64,000 nt of DNA from Anthoceros angustus (lineage: Eukaryota; Plantae; Anthocerotophyta), in NCBI GenBank assembly GCA_010909165.1, contig MU008194.1, forward strand, positions 1 to 64,000, in the 5' to 3' direction. Positions 10,841 through 24,359 of this stretch are shown piece by piece. Both the position numbers and the translations under genes were made by a program. Below the pieces are notes generated by a model. The model was not told where the DNA came from. It ran no database searches and worked only from the letters and a program-made list of their open reading frames with translations. The first letter of the stretch is position 1. Each line of letters opens with the position of its first letter.

Positions 10841-13800
10841 TCACCGTTCCGATTCCAATACAATTTGCGTAAGACAACTATCTGCAAAAAGTGTGACTTG
10901 CACAATATGATCTTGACATAAACTAGCGACAAAGACTAGATTCTTACACATGGCTAGTACATGAAGGACATGACGTAAGTGGAGAGTCTGATCTGTGGAA
11001 CATCTGAGAACAGTTGAACCTACACCAGCTATTAGGAGGTTGTGATCATCACCCAAAAGGACAGACTGGTGTCCTGCGATTGGGGAGTAAGACTCGAAAG
11101 AGTTTTTGTTATGACAGATGTGTGAGGTAGCTCCACTGTCTAAGTACTAATATAGATTAGAAGGTTTGGAGGAGGTCAAGTTTACTGTGAGTGCAGAAGG
11201 AGTTGAGGAAGAGGGCTTCTTCACAGCAACCTGTGCGCCAGGTGAGGCCTCTTTCCTAGGCTCACCGCTCTTCTTCTTTCTACAGTCCTTCTCCATGTGG
11301 TCTGGTATTCTGCACCAATTGCAAATAATTCCTATCCTCTTATTACCTCTTGCAGGTGTGGAAGAAGACAAAGAAGCTCCATTGAGAAAGCTTTGTGAGG
11401 AATTGGCAATCTGAGTGGAAGAAGGTCCTCTGGCGCGTCCTCGACCGCGACCTCTTCCTCTGCCTCTTCCTTTGTACATCACCAGTTGTCGGTTAGAGCA
11501 GGAGTCATGACGTCGACTTGACTCCTCCTATATCAATGCTCCAATCAACCCATTTACACCTATGTCCAAGGTATCTTGTGTACCATACTTGTCCACATTC
11601 TTCTGGGCTATTCTCAAGACAGCATTTTGAGTTGTCACAAATGATCTATAGGAGGATGGTAGGGAGGATAATTATGAAACAAAACATGATAACTTAGAGA
11701 GTTTAGAATTGGAGGCAGCTTCAAGTTGGGATCTGGCCATTCAAAAAGAACTAATATGATGTTGGATGGTGTCAGATTGCCTCATCTTAAGGTTGTGGAA
11801 GTTGCGAGTGGCAGTCATCAAACTCATAACATCCTTGAATATGATAATTTTTGAAGGAGGGGAATATAGTAACCCCCTTCGGTCGAGACAGCACCCCCTT
11901 GTCACGATGTACACCCTTCCTGTAACAGCATATCTGCCCTACTTTGATAATGCGCATACCCTTTCCGAGGTCATACCTTTGATAAAAGACGCACTTTCAA
12001 GTCTACACCCGAGAACTGGAGTACAGTAGGGTGTGGGCCCGTCTGCTTTTGTAGAATGCATAGAGGCTCCATTTTCATATGTTTATTACAACCGAAAACT
12101 TTTACTTTCAAGTGGTGGAACACAATGAAAACAATCCTGTATTAGTGGGAGTCTCATTTCAATGGTCGTGAGAACATTGCAACAAACAACCGTAAAGGAG
12201 AAAGTGGTCATCAGCATCGACAATAGTCATTCAAGAGTGCGGCCTGGCGACTCATCCATGCCTTGCGCCGATAAGTACCACCATATTCCTGAGGCGGTCC
12301 ATATCCTCCGCCTACCAAAGTTGTCGTTCTCCTCCGGTTTACCGTCTTCAATAGTACCATTCTTGGGCCTCAAAGATCCGACGGTGTCAATCGCCACATG
12401 AGATCTAGGGTCTCACGACCCTCATCCAAAAGGTCGCCATTGTGGTCTTCAACCTTCGCACTCAATGCAACCACTTGGGCTTTTAAGGCAATGCCACCTC
12501 AAATGAACAAGTTAGTTCGCGCCCATGCAAGCATCCTTAAAATCAACAAAGTTGAGTTATTAAAAAGATGTGAGTTTTGAACACAAAACCTGTTCATTAC
12601 TACACCTTTTTCCAAAACGCTTCACCAACGGTCCCAAGTTACCAATGCCTTGAGCCGCTAAATATTCATTTTCTTAAAACCAAATTTAAGGAGGAGGGGA
12701 ACGCGCAATGGAAATCTTGAAGGGGATGTTTCGGCGCATGCGCACTATGGACCAGCCATTCTCGATTGGGAGAGTCATTGACGCGGGCTAGATGCACCAG
12801 ACCTCTTACCTTTCTTATCCACTGCACGGACCGAAAGCACACGATGCGCATTTAAGGAGATATGTGTAGGAATACATAGTTCGTTAGAGTGCCAATCCAT
12901 ATGGTCTGATGCCGAGGAAAAAAAGGAATAAGGTCCATTACCCAAAAAACATACAGGAGGTGTTTGTGAATGAAACAACCATCATGTATTATGGGTTTGT
13001 GTTGAATGCACGAAACATGTGTATGTGGACAAAAGCGATAAGGGATAAGCTCACAGTTGCTTTACACAAATAGTCAAAGTGTCAAGATAGTGATGACAAT
13101 GTCGGAGAAGCCGGACCAAGTGATGACGAAGATTGAACTCGGTGATGAGAAATCAAATCACGGCTTGTCCTGGGTCCCAGAGTGAATGTTGAACATCCGT
13201 TCTCCAAATGTCATGTTTTGAAAAAAATACTGCTCGTGGCTTTTGTTGTGTCTTTAAACCACATTTTCCTCCCAAAATCGAATTTACGTCCTTCTGGGTG
13301 GAATGGCCTTCCTCCTACTTTGCATTAATGCCATAGGTTCGAGTTTGCAACCACCATTCGACAGAAACATTGCTGGATGGAAAGTAGGAACTTTAGTAGG
13401 TGACACCTTTTTTTTCGGAGATGTTTTCCGGAATGCCTTAAAAACGCTGTTTTGGGGCCCATCAAAAACCCTCTTCAGAGATTATTTACGGAAAACCCCC
13501 TTCGAGATTATTCACCCCCTTCAAAAATTATGATGTTCTCGGAGGAGTATAGTTGTTCGAGGTGGTCCCACATTTTTTTGGAAGATCCTGGCTCGCTGAT
13601 TTGCCTTACCATATGTTGAGAGAGGCCACTGATAATCATATCTTGGGCTCTCTCATCCTTCACATCCTAGGTACCTTTTTCGTCAGCACCCCTACTGGGC
13701 GCTCTAAGGCTCCGCTGACAATGTCCCATAGGTCGTGGTTGCGCAAAACTCCTCTCATTCGCAGGCGCCAGATGTTGTAGTCCTTGCCATTGAATCTATC

Positions 13801-13896
13801 CTTTTCTTTGAAACAGTCTCCATAATTGTTGACCACCATTGATTTTGACTCAATAGGATCCTTATTTGATCTCTTCGTCAAGTTGCTCTCCCTCAT
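10841..13896 (-). mobile_element. Ty1/copia remnant (gag and protease), interrupted by a TIR element
   Basis: gag start FNGKDYNIWRLRMRGVLRNHDLWDIV (13896-13660); LPSSYRSFVT; zinc knuckle CNWCRIPDHMEKDC; protease YLDSGATSHICH; VLHVLAMCKNLV. Confidence 0.85.
11846..13529. mobile_element. Non-autonomous or degenerate TIR DNA transposon, 1.68 kb, flanked by ATGAT direct repeats
   Basis: Left end AATTTTTGAAGG.., right end ..CCTTCAAAAATT; ATGAT at 11841-11845 and 13530-13534; removal restores the copia gag frame ENIIFKDVMSL. Confidence 0.75.
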
Positions 13897-14640
13897 CTTC
13901 CCGACTAGCCATAGTAGGTGATTCTAAAATCCACAACTACGTCATGTGCGTGCGATCTTGGAGGAGATCACACCAGACACTACTTCAATCATTGTTTCAA
14001 GAACAAAATTTACAGGTAAAAATGATGATTTTTGCATAGAACTATTAGACATTTTAGAATCTAATACTTCAATATATTGTGCTAAATGATAGAAGCCACA
14101 GGCCAAAAATGATAATTTTCACGAATGACATTGTGTCTAAGTTCAGAATCTGTTTTGATGAATTGTAAGAGAGGCTGCAGAGAATTAATACCACTAATCA
14201 CAATTGGACTAGCATTTAAATTAGGAATATGTTGGAGTGCTAATACTAGAGATTCTACTTGTGATAAACTACAGCAAGTAAGTAAATCTTTCTTAGCGAC
14301 CTCAATCAACTCTCCTTGATTCTCTGATTTGATAAGAATAGCACCAATAAAATTACTAATTAATTTAGAATCCCTTTCTATAGGATCTCTAAATTTGTTA
14401 GAATTGTTGTAATTTGGTGCATTCTCCCTTCTTGCAGCCTTCAATCTCCTCCTACTTTCTTGCCCCATGAGGAGGAGACAAAAAAGTGATGCATAAATTT
14501 GTGCATCATAAAAATATAGTATTGAGCATAATTGAAAAGCTCCCTCCAAATGAAAATTCCATGCAACAAAGTTAGAACTGCGCAAAAGAATTCATGTCTA
14601 AGAAGAAGGCAAACAATGTGCTCAAGGATCTAGAGCCGAT

Positions 14641-14652
14641 CCTCTGATACCA
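14641..14652 (-). promoter_or_regulatory. Primer-binding site (tRNA-iMet) directly downstream of an LTR end (..TCA)
   Basis: Minus strand reads ..gattctcaTCA TGGTATCAGAGG; CTATAAA TATA-like motif about 90 bp upstream on the same strand. Confidence 0.8.
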
Positions 14653-17600
14653 TGATGAGAATCACGCATAAAACGCACTTGCAAGGCGCCTTGTAGGATT
14701 GCATTGATAATAGAAAATACAAGAGTGTTTATAGGTCCAAGCATGCTTTGGTGCTCACATTAGTGAGAAACGTACGAAACATTGTTATTTTGTCCTCATG
14801 TAACGTTAATAATTTTAACTAATTTATTTCTTCTCTAAATTGTCTAATTTTTTTTACAGGACGTACAAATATATCACTTCTACATGAGATTAAAATTTAA
14901 AATTAAAATACTCATGAAAATATTCAAAATGAAAGTCTAAATTTAGAGACTACTTGGGACAGGCATTATCTCACTCAGTGGGCACTTGTCACAATATGTT
15001 TACAAAGTGGGACCGAGAACACGCAGGTAGGCGGGCACTCTGGCCCTTACCTAAATCATTTTATAACATGTTTACGAGATGAGCAAACGGATCGTCGGCG
15101 TGTAACTCAACACATTTTGAGTTGCCGCGCGCGCTACTTCGCCGCACTATGAGGAAGCGGAATCCGATCTATTGGAGATGCTGTCTGTATCTCTTCTCAG
15201 AGATCTCGAGATACATGTCTGTATCTATACAGACAGGTAGAGATAGTAGAGAGAAGAGGTAGTTACAACCATAAGTTGTTGTAACCACCATAAATTGTTA
15301 TAACAAATATAACAACTAACTACCTAACAACTAACCGCTTAAGGAAACTACTTATTGCCCTAAGACGGAAATTATATATTAATTAAGTCTAGAGTGACCT
15401 AGTGAATAGTGCCCAAACTAAAGGTATTTTATCACAGCGATGGTTCTGGCTTTGGTGAACATTATTTGCAGTTTTATCCTCGATGCTAGCGAAATTTCTG
15501 CCATTGCGATTGGAATCGCCCTAACCGGATCAACAACTATGGTGTCCTTGCTCCTCTCTCGGGAAAGCATGAATGCTAAGGTTGGAGGCGACCAAAGTGA
15601 CCGTGAAAGTCAGAGGAAGTGTGTACACCTGTAACTTTTGCAACAAGCGAAATCCGCAATCCCGAAGGATTTGACAACTCAAAGCATCACGTCCTCGGCC
15701 ACAATGCAAAGTTGGGGTTGCTGGTCACGGAAGCGATTTGTGCCGTTTTCATTTTCATAATCCAGTTGGGCTTAGTGCATATTGTACATTATATGCTGCC
15801 TTAGAGCTCTGGGGGTTGGGATCGGGATCGGCAAAATGCGGACAGACATTGTTCCCATATTCCATATTTTTGGGCGACAGATGATCTTTAGCTTTTTTCG
15901 TTGATAAATTTGTTGCTGACCAGTCCATTTTAGGTTGCCTGGACCATGTGGTTGAACATCTTTCCGATGCAAACTACGAACTCAAAGCTTGGGGGTGGTC
16001 AGTAGAATTAAGGTACTTGAAGACGCTGGAGGAGAAGAGAAATGCAGGAGTCCAATTCAAGAATAAAAAAGAGAATTTGGAAGTCATAATCTCCAACAAT
16101 ACCAGTGAGCAAGTAAACATGGAGTATGAGTGCGAAAAAATCTATTTGGTTCACAAATTGAAGTTGCATATAGACAAGTGTGAGACGAACCATCTCAAGC
16201 CAAGGACACCCCACAAGAACCTAGCCAACAAATTGTGGGCAGCCTTATCCATTCAAAGATGGGGCTCAAGGCCAATAGCCCCTGTGGATATCCATAATAG
16301 TGTTTGGGTAGAAAGGGGTTTCTCCGGCAAAAAGGGGTTGTGGTGTTCAAACCCGCGGCACCACACCCTACATGTTCATTTGGTCACAATGTGCCACATC
16401 CATGGTAGGGCACCTCGATTTTGAAGAGGTGAAGATAATCAGAATCGTCAGTTATATACTATTTGTGCATGTTCGTTATTCATCGCATACAAGCGTTTTT
16501 GTTAGAAAACAGATAGCACGAGATGAGTGTGCAAAAACAATTGTGCACCTATCATGATAGTGTGCAAGCTTGTTTACGCAAAATGAGCAAGAAGATCTAG
16601 GTGCGCAAATATGTTTGCGCACTCGGGGGCAAGAAGACCTGTTCTGCGCACCTGGGGGCAAGGGGGCCCAGGTGCATGCACCAAGGGGCAAGGAGGCCCA
16701 AGCGCACACCCAGGGTCAAAAAGGGCTTAGGGGCATGAACCCATATGGTTCATGCCTCCTAGTGCATTCCAAGACGATTCATCCAAAGAAAGAAAGAGTA
16801 AAAAATCTAAAAAATACAAACAAATCCCAAAAAAATCCTTTTTTTAAAGGCAAATTTGCGCACTTGGCCTAAAATTTTGATACTTTTGCGTATTTTTTAT
16901 TTTTTTGATGTTTTTATTGTTTTAAAGGGTTCCTTTTGGCGTTTTCAACCTTTTTGTGCACCTTCTTAATGTGGATAAGTACTTATCTTGACTTAGCCCT
17001 CATCGTTTTTCTAGTGGTTAAAACTTTGAACTAGTAGTGAGAACCCTTCGCATCTTTTGAATCTTAAGACGTTTGGCGTGGGCCCAGCTTCAAGTGCAAA
17101 CCGTATGATACCACTCTCATTCACGCACTCCACGCGGAGTAGGAGCATAAGGTTAAAGAAGATATTATTGTTTCAATGTCTAAGAAACAAAGTCTTGTCG
17201 ATTCCCTGTGAGCGAGTATCTTGCTCTGTCATCAGATTTCAAGTCAATCCTAAGACATTTTAGATTGATCAGGCATGAGTGAAGGTTGTATACAAGTTTG
17301 CGCACGTAACTGACAAAGAAGCCCTAAAACTCTAAATGTTTAAATACATGCTGGTTGTGAGAATGACCTTCTTTTAGGAAGACAGGCCTGAAGAAACACT
17401 TAGAAGAATTTTGAGAGGAAGACGGATTGTCCAAAGAAAGTGGGAGGAGATGAAGACGCCGCAACCCCGGAGGAGTGCGCAAGGCCCAAAGAAGAAGGAG
17501 GGAGCGGGCACAACAAGGAGAAGAAGAAGAGAAAAGCATGAGAAGCCCTAGAAGGAGAGGCCGGATTTTGTACAGCCATGCAAGTCTCCTCCAGAGACTT

Positions 17601-17659
17601 ATGGGATTTTCAAAGGCTGTCATACAATGTAACCTAGGTTTACGATAGGCATTGGGCCT

Positions 17660-19700
17660 ATTCTAATGTGGAATTGGTTGAGTCTTTCACAGCAAACCGA
17701 ATCGAGAGGGAGAAACAGAACTGGAGGAGAGGAACGCGGATGATCCAAGGGATGGACCGCCCAAAGACATTCGTAAGGTATATGGGAGGCCGTGAGAGAG
17801 TGATGGTGGCTCCCACCAAGAGGAATGAAGATGGAAAGAGAAGCAGGTCGACCTTCCCGAGGAAGCTCTCAAAGATGCTCATCGAGGGATAGAAGACGCG
17901 AATGGCCGGAGGATGATAAGATTGCCGACCTCAAGTGGAAGCTTTTACAAGGATAGTTTTAATGACCGTCAACAACCACCTACTTCAAAGAAGCATTCTT
18001 TCATTTCATGTGGAAGTCAAGCAAGGAGCTCAGACTGGGGACAACCATGTCGTGCCTATGAGCATCACCGAGACAAGTCGAGGCCAAACATTGTGGATAA
18101 TGAGGGGCGAGGCACAGCCATTTGAGTACTTACCTTGTGCACAGGGGGTTGGGTTACATCGACGAAGAAGAGCCGGGAGGAATCTTACCAGCTTTGAAGT
18201 GGTCCTCCGAGGATGGACAGGGTCCCTCTCTAAGAAGGTGAAGAAGGCAGAGGAGGAACCCAAGGTGGAGCAAGGAAGTGCTTCCACCTCGTGGTGATCT
18301 TGGATGATGAGACCACCCCGGCCCCGACGCCAAGGAAGGAAGAAGTGCCTGCCTGTGGGGAGACAGTGGCACAAAAGGAAGAGGTGGGAGTGCCACCATG
18401 TGTACAGGAGGCAACCTCCATGGAGCAGGGAGGTGGAACTAATCCACCCCAGGAGATGACCGAGTCATGGGAGTCCCACCTAACATCGACAGTCAGGAGT
18501 GGAGAGAATGCCCACCAAGAGAAAGGTAGTCGGAGTCGACCCTAGGAGGGGAATGAGAAGGCTAAGGCTTTGAAGGATACCGCCGCCTAATTGACACTCC
18601 ATTAGTGAAGCAGCCTGGTGAAGTAGAGGAGTTGAGGTGAGAGCCGCCGTGACACCAAGCGATTGCCCTACCGTGGGAGAAGGATAGCAAGGCTATCAAG
18701 GAGATGGCGCTGGCAAAGGGCGCTAGTTGACCGGAGAGAGGTTGGGGCTCAAAGCAAGATTGAAGAACAAAGGCCGAGACAAGAAAGTAGGGAGCGAATG
18801 AAGGAAGTGGCTACCCTCAATCGTAAAATTGAGGAGACTCCGATGTGGAAGGAAGAATTTCACTCTTCAGCCGAGAAGGAGAATGGGGATGACAGACCGC
18901 CCGTGAGGCGCCAAGCCAAGAATGAAGAATCGAGGCCAAGCTCAAGGAGCCGGAGGAGGACAGCCACATGGAGCAAGGAGCGTGAGGAGCTCCTAAGCAA
19001 GCAACGGAACCAACGTGGAAGGAAGAGGTAGCACCGAGGAAATGATGCATCGATGTCGCCAGAAGCAACGCCCAGCCGACTATGCATGGCAACAAGGGAT
19101 ACCGGAGGCATGGAAGAGAGATGCAAGAATGTCACTTACGCCTTCGCTTGAGTGAGGTGACGCTGAGAGGGATGCGCTATGGCAAGATAGCCTCGTGAGA
19201 GTGGCCTCGAGGAATTTGATGAGATTTGTTTGAAGGGTGAGATGCAGTCCACTTACATGCTAGGGTCAACAAGTTCGCTAAGGAGATGCGCCCTTGTTGA
19301 CAAGGAAGTTGTTGGGTCCCCCATGATGACGATGGTGGAGATTTTGAAGAATTGCACCTCACTGGAGATTCGGACTTGGAGAGTGAAATGGATGCGTATA
19401 AATGTGGGAGGAGCCAATGGAAGAGGAAGAGATTTCCGGGTAGAGTTGGTGGGGTGTCCCAGGATGTGAGTTGCACCAACACCCAACCGCCTGAGGTAAT
19501 TGGCAATGGGCAGATGTATATAAGAGAGGCTGCCTACAAGAGCGCAAGAGGGGGCGCGTCCTCATCAATCAACAAGATCGCCGAGACAGTGTGGAGGCCC
19601 CGTCCAAGTGAAGAGATCCGGACAGGACCCCCCAAGAGGAGGAAGATGGTGGTTGGCGCCCGCCAAGAAGAAGTAGGAGGATAGTTGGTAGGAGTGAATG
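17660..19700 (+). other. Degenerate retroelement-associated ORF (charged/coiled-coil, acidic tail), family unassigned
   Basis: Chain of short + strand ORFs rich in E/K/R broken by stops; no recognisable catalytic motif. Confidence 0.3.
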
Positions 19701-19854
19701 GGTCATTAAGACCCTAGGGGTTAGTGGGATTGTTAGGAGGTAGGTTAAGAACCTTTTAAGAGGCCACCTACTTAAAACCGTAAGCAACCCCACCTACCCC
19801 CACTGCATTTAATTAATGCTTGGGTTTGACTCCTATAAGAGGGAGGGGGCTCCC

Positions 19855-21530
19855 TGCGACTTTCGGCGGCCAGGCGCCACAATCCCATGTCGCTTGTAAG
19901 GGGTCCGGTTTCAAGAGAATGATAGCCCGTTTGCCACGTTCAATTGTTTCTCACCTCACGCGGTGCCATTTCGGACTCAACACACATTCATCGTACTGAC
20001 TAACTACCCAACATTCACCTAAGCTCGTGACCAACGTTTAAGGACTCGTCCGTCCAGTATCACTCCGTTCGCCACTCGTTCCGCGCCGCTCTCTCACCAC
20101 TCTTACTATCGCGTCCTTGGGGAAAACTGCAGTGGTCATTTCGCATGTCAGGACCTCCTCCATCGCTCTTGCCGCTGTGCCTCTCGTCCGGGCTCTACGC
20201 CTCCGGAGTCCCTCACGCTCACATGCGTTCGGTCACGACGGCTGGGGCCGCCACGGATGAGGAAGGGGTCCTTGATCACTCTTCCTCGCACACACCACCA
20301 CACGTTAGGGTCACTGCGGACCTTGATCCCGGGCCGGCATCGTGGCCTCGCTGACTCGGGACTCACGCTTAGCAAGAAGACGCACAAGGGCACCGTAAGA
20401 AAACGCGCGCATCAACACCAAGAGAAAGATACTTTACTAGAGCCCTCTTATACTACGCCCAAAGTCGGCCTTATTACACCCTATTCTAAGGTGGCACCAA
20501 GATTTCCACGCCTACCATCCTCTTCCCTTCCTCCTATCTCCGCGTTCTATGGGCCTGCAGGATGACCTGGTTCCGTCTCGGCACTGGTGGCCCAATCCCA
20601 GCCTCCTCGGCCAGCCATGCGCACTAATCGGATGATCCGCGATGATGGACCCCTTCCTTCCGAATCCTATCGGGTTGGGCACGGCTGCGACAACCGCGGT
20701 AACCACCACATCTTCCTCTCCTGCCCCCGAGGTGGGTCCCCTCCCGAGGGGCCCAACGATTGCTCATGCGTGAGTCGGAGGGCTCCCCCTCACCTCCTGA
20801 ATCCGGACCTCGGGGTCCGGTCTCGACTTCAGTCCGAACTTGTGGTTCGGCCTTATTTCTAGAGTCCGTCCTCCGGTCCTCATCTTGGGGTTCGGACCTC
20901 GTGGTCCGAAACCATACTAAGGTCGCCTCAAGTCCCTAACCCTCATCCGCGACTGCCCACTCGTTAGGGCCCATCCTCACCCCAGAGCCCTTGTTTTGGG
21001 TGGTTGGTTTCTCCTTCCTCGCCCCCATCTCCATTCCCCCGGCTGGTTGCGTACGCATCGTGCGTCTGCATCGGCCGCCCCCGCCTCCCCGGGCTCTTCT
21101 CTCCACCGTCGTCCCCAAACAAGGCCACCAAGGCCCCGTATGTTGTCCCCATGTCCTTCTTCCCTTCCACTCCATCTCGAGCCGGAGGTCCGTCCGTTGT
21201 CGCAGGTGTGCGCCCGAGAGGCTTCCAACGCCTTGAGGAGCCGTAGTAGGCAAAACCGAGTCAATTTTTGGATTGCCTCTTCCACATAGTTACCATACTC
21301 CTTCGCCATATAGGTGGAAATGGGCATCAGTCTGTCCTTGTTAGTCCGTCTCTCCTGCCAGTTTGATTTGGGCACGGGCAGAATCTCGAGGCCACAAGGA
21401 AGCCTCGGTTTCCTGCTCCAGCCGTTACTTCTCCAGCCTCCGCTGCTCCGGCTCTCGCCTTTCCTCGCCAAACGCAGCGGCCTCCCTCCGCCTTCCTTAA
21501 TCGACCACAGCTTTTCTCGGCCCAAGGCCT
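19855..21530 (+). mobile_element. Repeat family X, copy 1 (opposite orientation to the other two)
   Basis: Reverse-complement similarity to 36150-37640 and 41400-42295, e.g. ctcttatactacgccc / gggcgtagtataagag and gagaatgatagccc. Confidence 0.75.
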
Positions 21531-22908
21531 CGCCCGTTCATCCGGCCTCAAGCTCGCCATCATCCCTCCACGGTCCATACCGCGCTTCGTCCTTCGTGTC
21601 CTTCTCCATTACGGCAACGCCCCGGCCTTTGTTCCATCGCCTACCTCTTTGTCCGCCAGTAGTGGAGTCGCTCTATCTCCCACTGTGATCGCGATGCCTC
21701 AGCCTCCCTGCCTCCATTGTAACTTGAGCTGCAGCCCAAGGTTCTCCTGCGGTCTTCCATCTCGCTGCTGTTCTACTTGCGAATCGAGCCCGAGATCCTA
21801 TCTCCTTGTTGGCTTCCTTCTCGTATACTGCCACCCGCCTCGCCGCCTGCTGTTAGTCTTGGGCCGTCTCGCTGCCTCCACTCCCTCACATCGATAGGTG
21901 ATCCCGTCGGTCTTAGGGGTCAAAGCACGTTATGGTATACCACAATGTGTGATCAAAAATAAGTGACGCAACACACCGAGTCACGGATCGAAGTTAAGTA
22001 ATCTTTTTCGGGCATTCCGAGCTTGTGGTTTGGATCACTTTCTTTATTCAAATATGTGCATACGATGTCGTGCATGAAGCTGACTAGTGCCGCCGCCCGT
22101 CATCTTCACGCTATGAGTAAGGTATGACTCTCGTCCTTCTAATTCGCCACGCCACGCAGATTTTAAGCGCCCGCTACCCGCCTTCACAACGCGCCCGCCT
22201 CGCTTGGAGCGGCAGTTAAAGGAGGAGCCAGTGAAACAAGGCGCGGTGTGTTTTGGGCTTCTTCTGCAAGCCATGCCTCCTCTGCGGAGCCAGCTCTTTT
22301 TCTGCGTAGGCGGCCAATGGCGATGTTGAAGCGGGAACACCTCGAATTGGGCTCTTGCTCGGATGCAAGAGGGAGCAGCAGAGACCTCGATACGATACGG
22401 TCCAAGTAGAGTTTCACGAACTATGGTTTCTCGTGTGTGTAAGCGAGGCTATGCTTTTTTGTGTAGCCCCTAGTGTGTTTGCTTGACTTTTTGTGTTCGG
22501 TTGCAAGCTTTGCAATTGAAGTACGCTGATGTGTGGTGTGGCGACAAGCTTGTTTGCATGTTTGTTGTGGCATGAGCGCATATTTGGAGGGTTGTTGTGG
22601 AGGGTTTTGTGGTGCAGACGCATGAAGTCACTTGTGCACGCAGCCTGGCGTGCTCAACACTCATCTCGGTACCTGTTGGTCCGGCTGAGCGACACGTCTT
22701 CGAGCAAGCATCTTGAATTGCCTTGCGTGGCGGCGGTGATCGTCGTCCTTGCACGTCTTGAGCGCTACCTCCTGCTCGGCACTTGCACTTCGAGCATGGA
22801 TGACTGTTTGAGACTACATGTGTTTTGGCTAAAGGGCGACTACTTGTGTGTGTGCGATGCGTGACTAAGTGTGTGGGCGTATGCGGTGGGTGTATCTTGG
22901 GTGGGATC

Positions 22909-23178
22909 GATGAAATAGAGTGTTGACCATATACACCTAGAGTAAAGGTTTAGGGTTTAGCCTTATCCATGATTAAATGAAATGTATACATATATACATT
23001 TAGCGAATAGACATAATGTTTCGCTAGGGTTAGGACTATTAGTGAATAGCCATACCCGTTCGTAAAGTTAGTTTAAGTTGTCTTTTCACATAAGCAAGTT
23101 ACTCTCTTTTTCTTGATTATCTAAGATGTAATCTATACAAATGGTATAATTGATTTACATTAGCCCTATATTTTGTTA
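22909..23178 (+). repeat. 5' LTR
   Basis: Direct repeat of 30130-30398, followed by PBS. Confidence 0.9.
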
Positions 23179-24359
23179 TGGTATCGAGCATCTTTGTAGA
23201 TCGCATTCATGAGAATGCACATCGCTGTGCATTGAAAAGATGCACGAGCACATAAGTTTTGTATTTTCTTGAGCAGGAAAAGAAGTTTATTTTCAAGAAA
23301 CCAAAACATAATCAAGACTGAACTTTAGAGTTGTAGAATTCTAGTTTTATAGAAAATACTAGAAGATGCAAATTAAGTGCATTCCTACATCACAAGTTCT
23401 TAGAAAAATAATAGAAGTTGCAAATTTAGTGCATTTCTATATCTACAATTCGGGCCATGTAAGATGGTCAATCAGAGCCATGATGATTGGCCAAAATGGC
23501 AGCTGGTTTCTTGACATTATGTCTAGGAGAATTGCTGCCCAAGGCAAGGCATCTTCGGCCTAGAGCATCTGTAATGTTATATGGTTTTCAGGAACAAAGA
23601 ATGCAAATAGATAATCTCAGGGAAATTAAAAATGCAATTACAGTATTTGCGTACCTTAATGAGAAACATCAGATTGTTGCATTCGCTCCTAAAAACTCTG
23701 AAGGCTTGCCAGAAATTCGGGTCAGACACACATTCGATGGCAATGAAAACCCTAGAGGTTTCATCAAAATACAATCAGTCAAGTATGGCTCTTTGAGCAT
23801 GCTAACTAAAAAGATTGGAGAAACATACGAGATTCTTTGCGTCAATTCAATGATCCGAATAGAAAGCGTGCTCGAGTGAGTACAAATAGTCGAGGAAAAT
23901 TGTGCATATGGATTGCAATTTGTTGGTATTTGAGTCCGCATTCTTGAAGGATTCACTTCAGCACATTATCTGAGATACAAGTCTGTGGACTCCCAAATGA
24001 CAATTTTGACACGTCAAATTTGTGTTTCTCCTGCTACATACATAATAAATTGGAAAGCAAGCAGATACGTCTCAGGGACAAGTTCGCTGGACCTTGCTAT
24101 GTGGATGCTCCTTTTGGTGGGTCTTGATCCACTGGTCAATTCGACATAATAATTGTTGCACTGCTGACGCTGCGAAGGAGGAACGACTTAACAGATCAAG
24201 ACAAGCAAGAAAGACTTTTAGGAAGATTGCTTGATCTTATATCTTGAGTAGTTCCGTTCATTTCTGTTGATAAAAGAGATCCCTTCATATAATGGAGATC
24301 TTTCTCAATCGCGCAATGAATTCAAGAGCAAAACACAGTTGATCTCGATGAAAGGAGTC

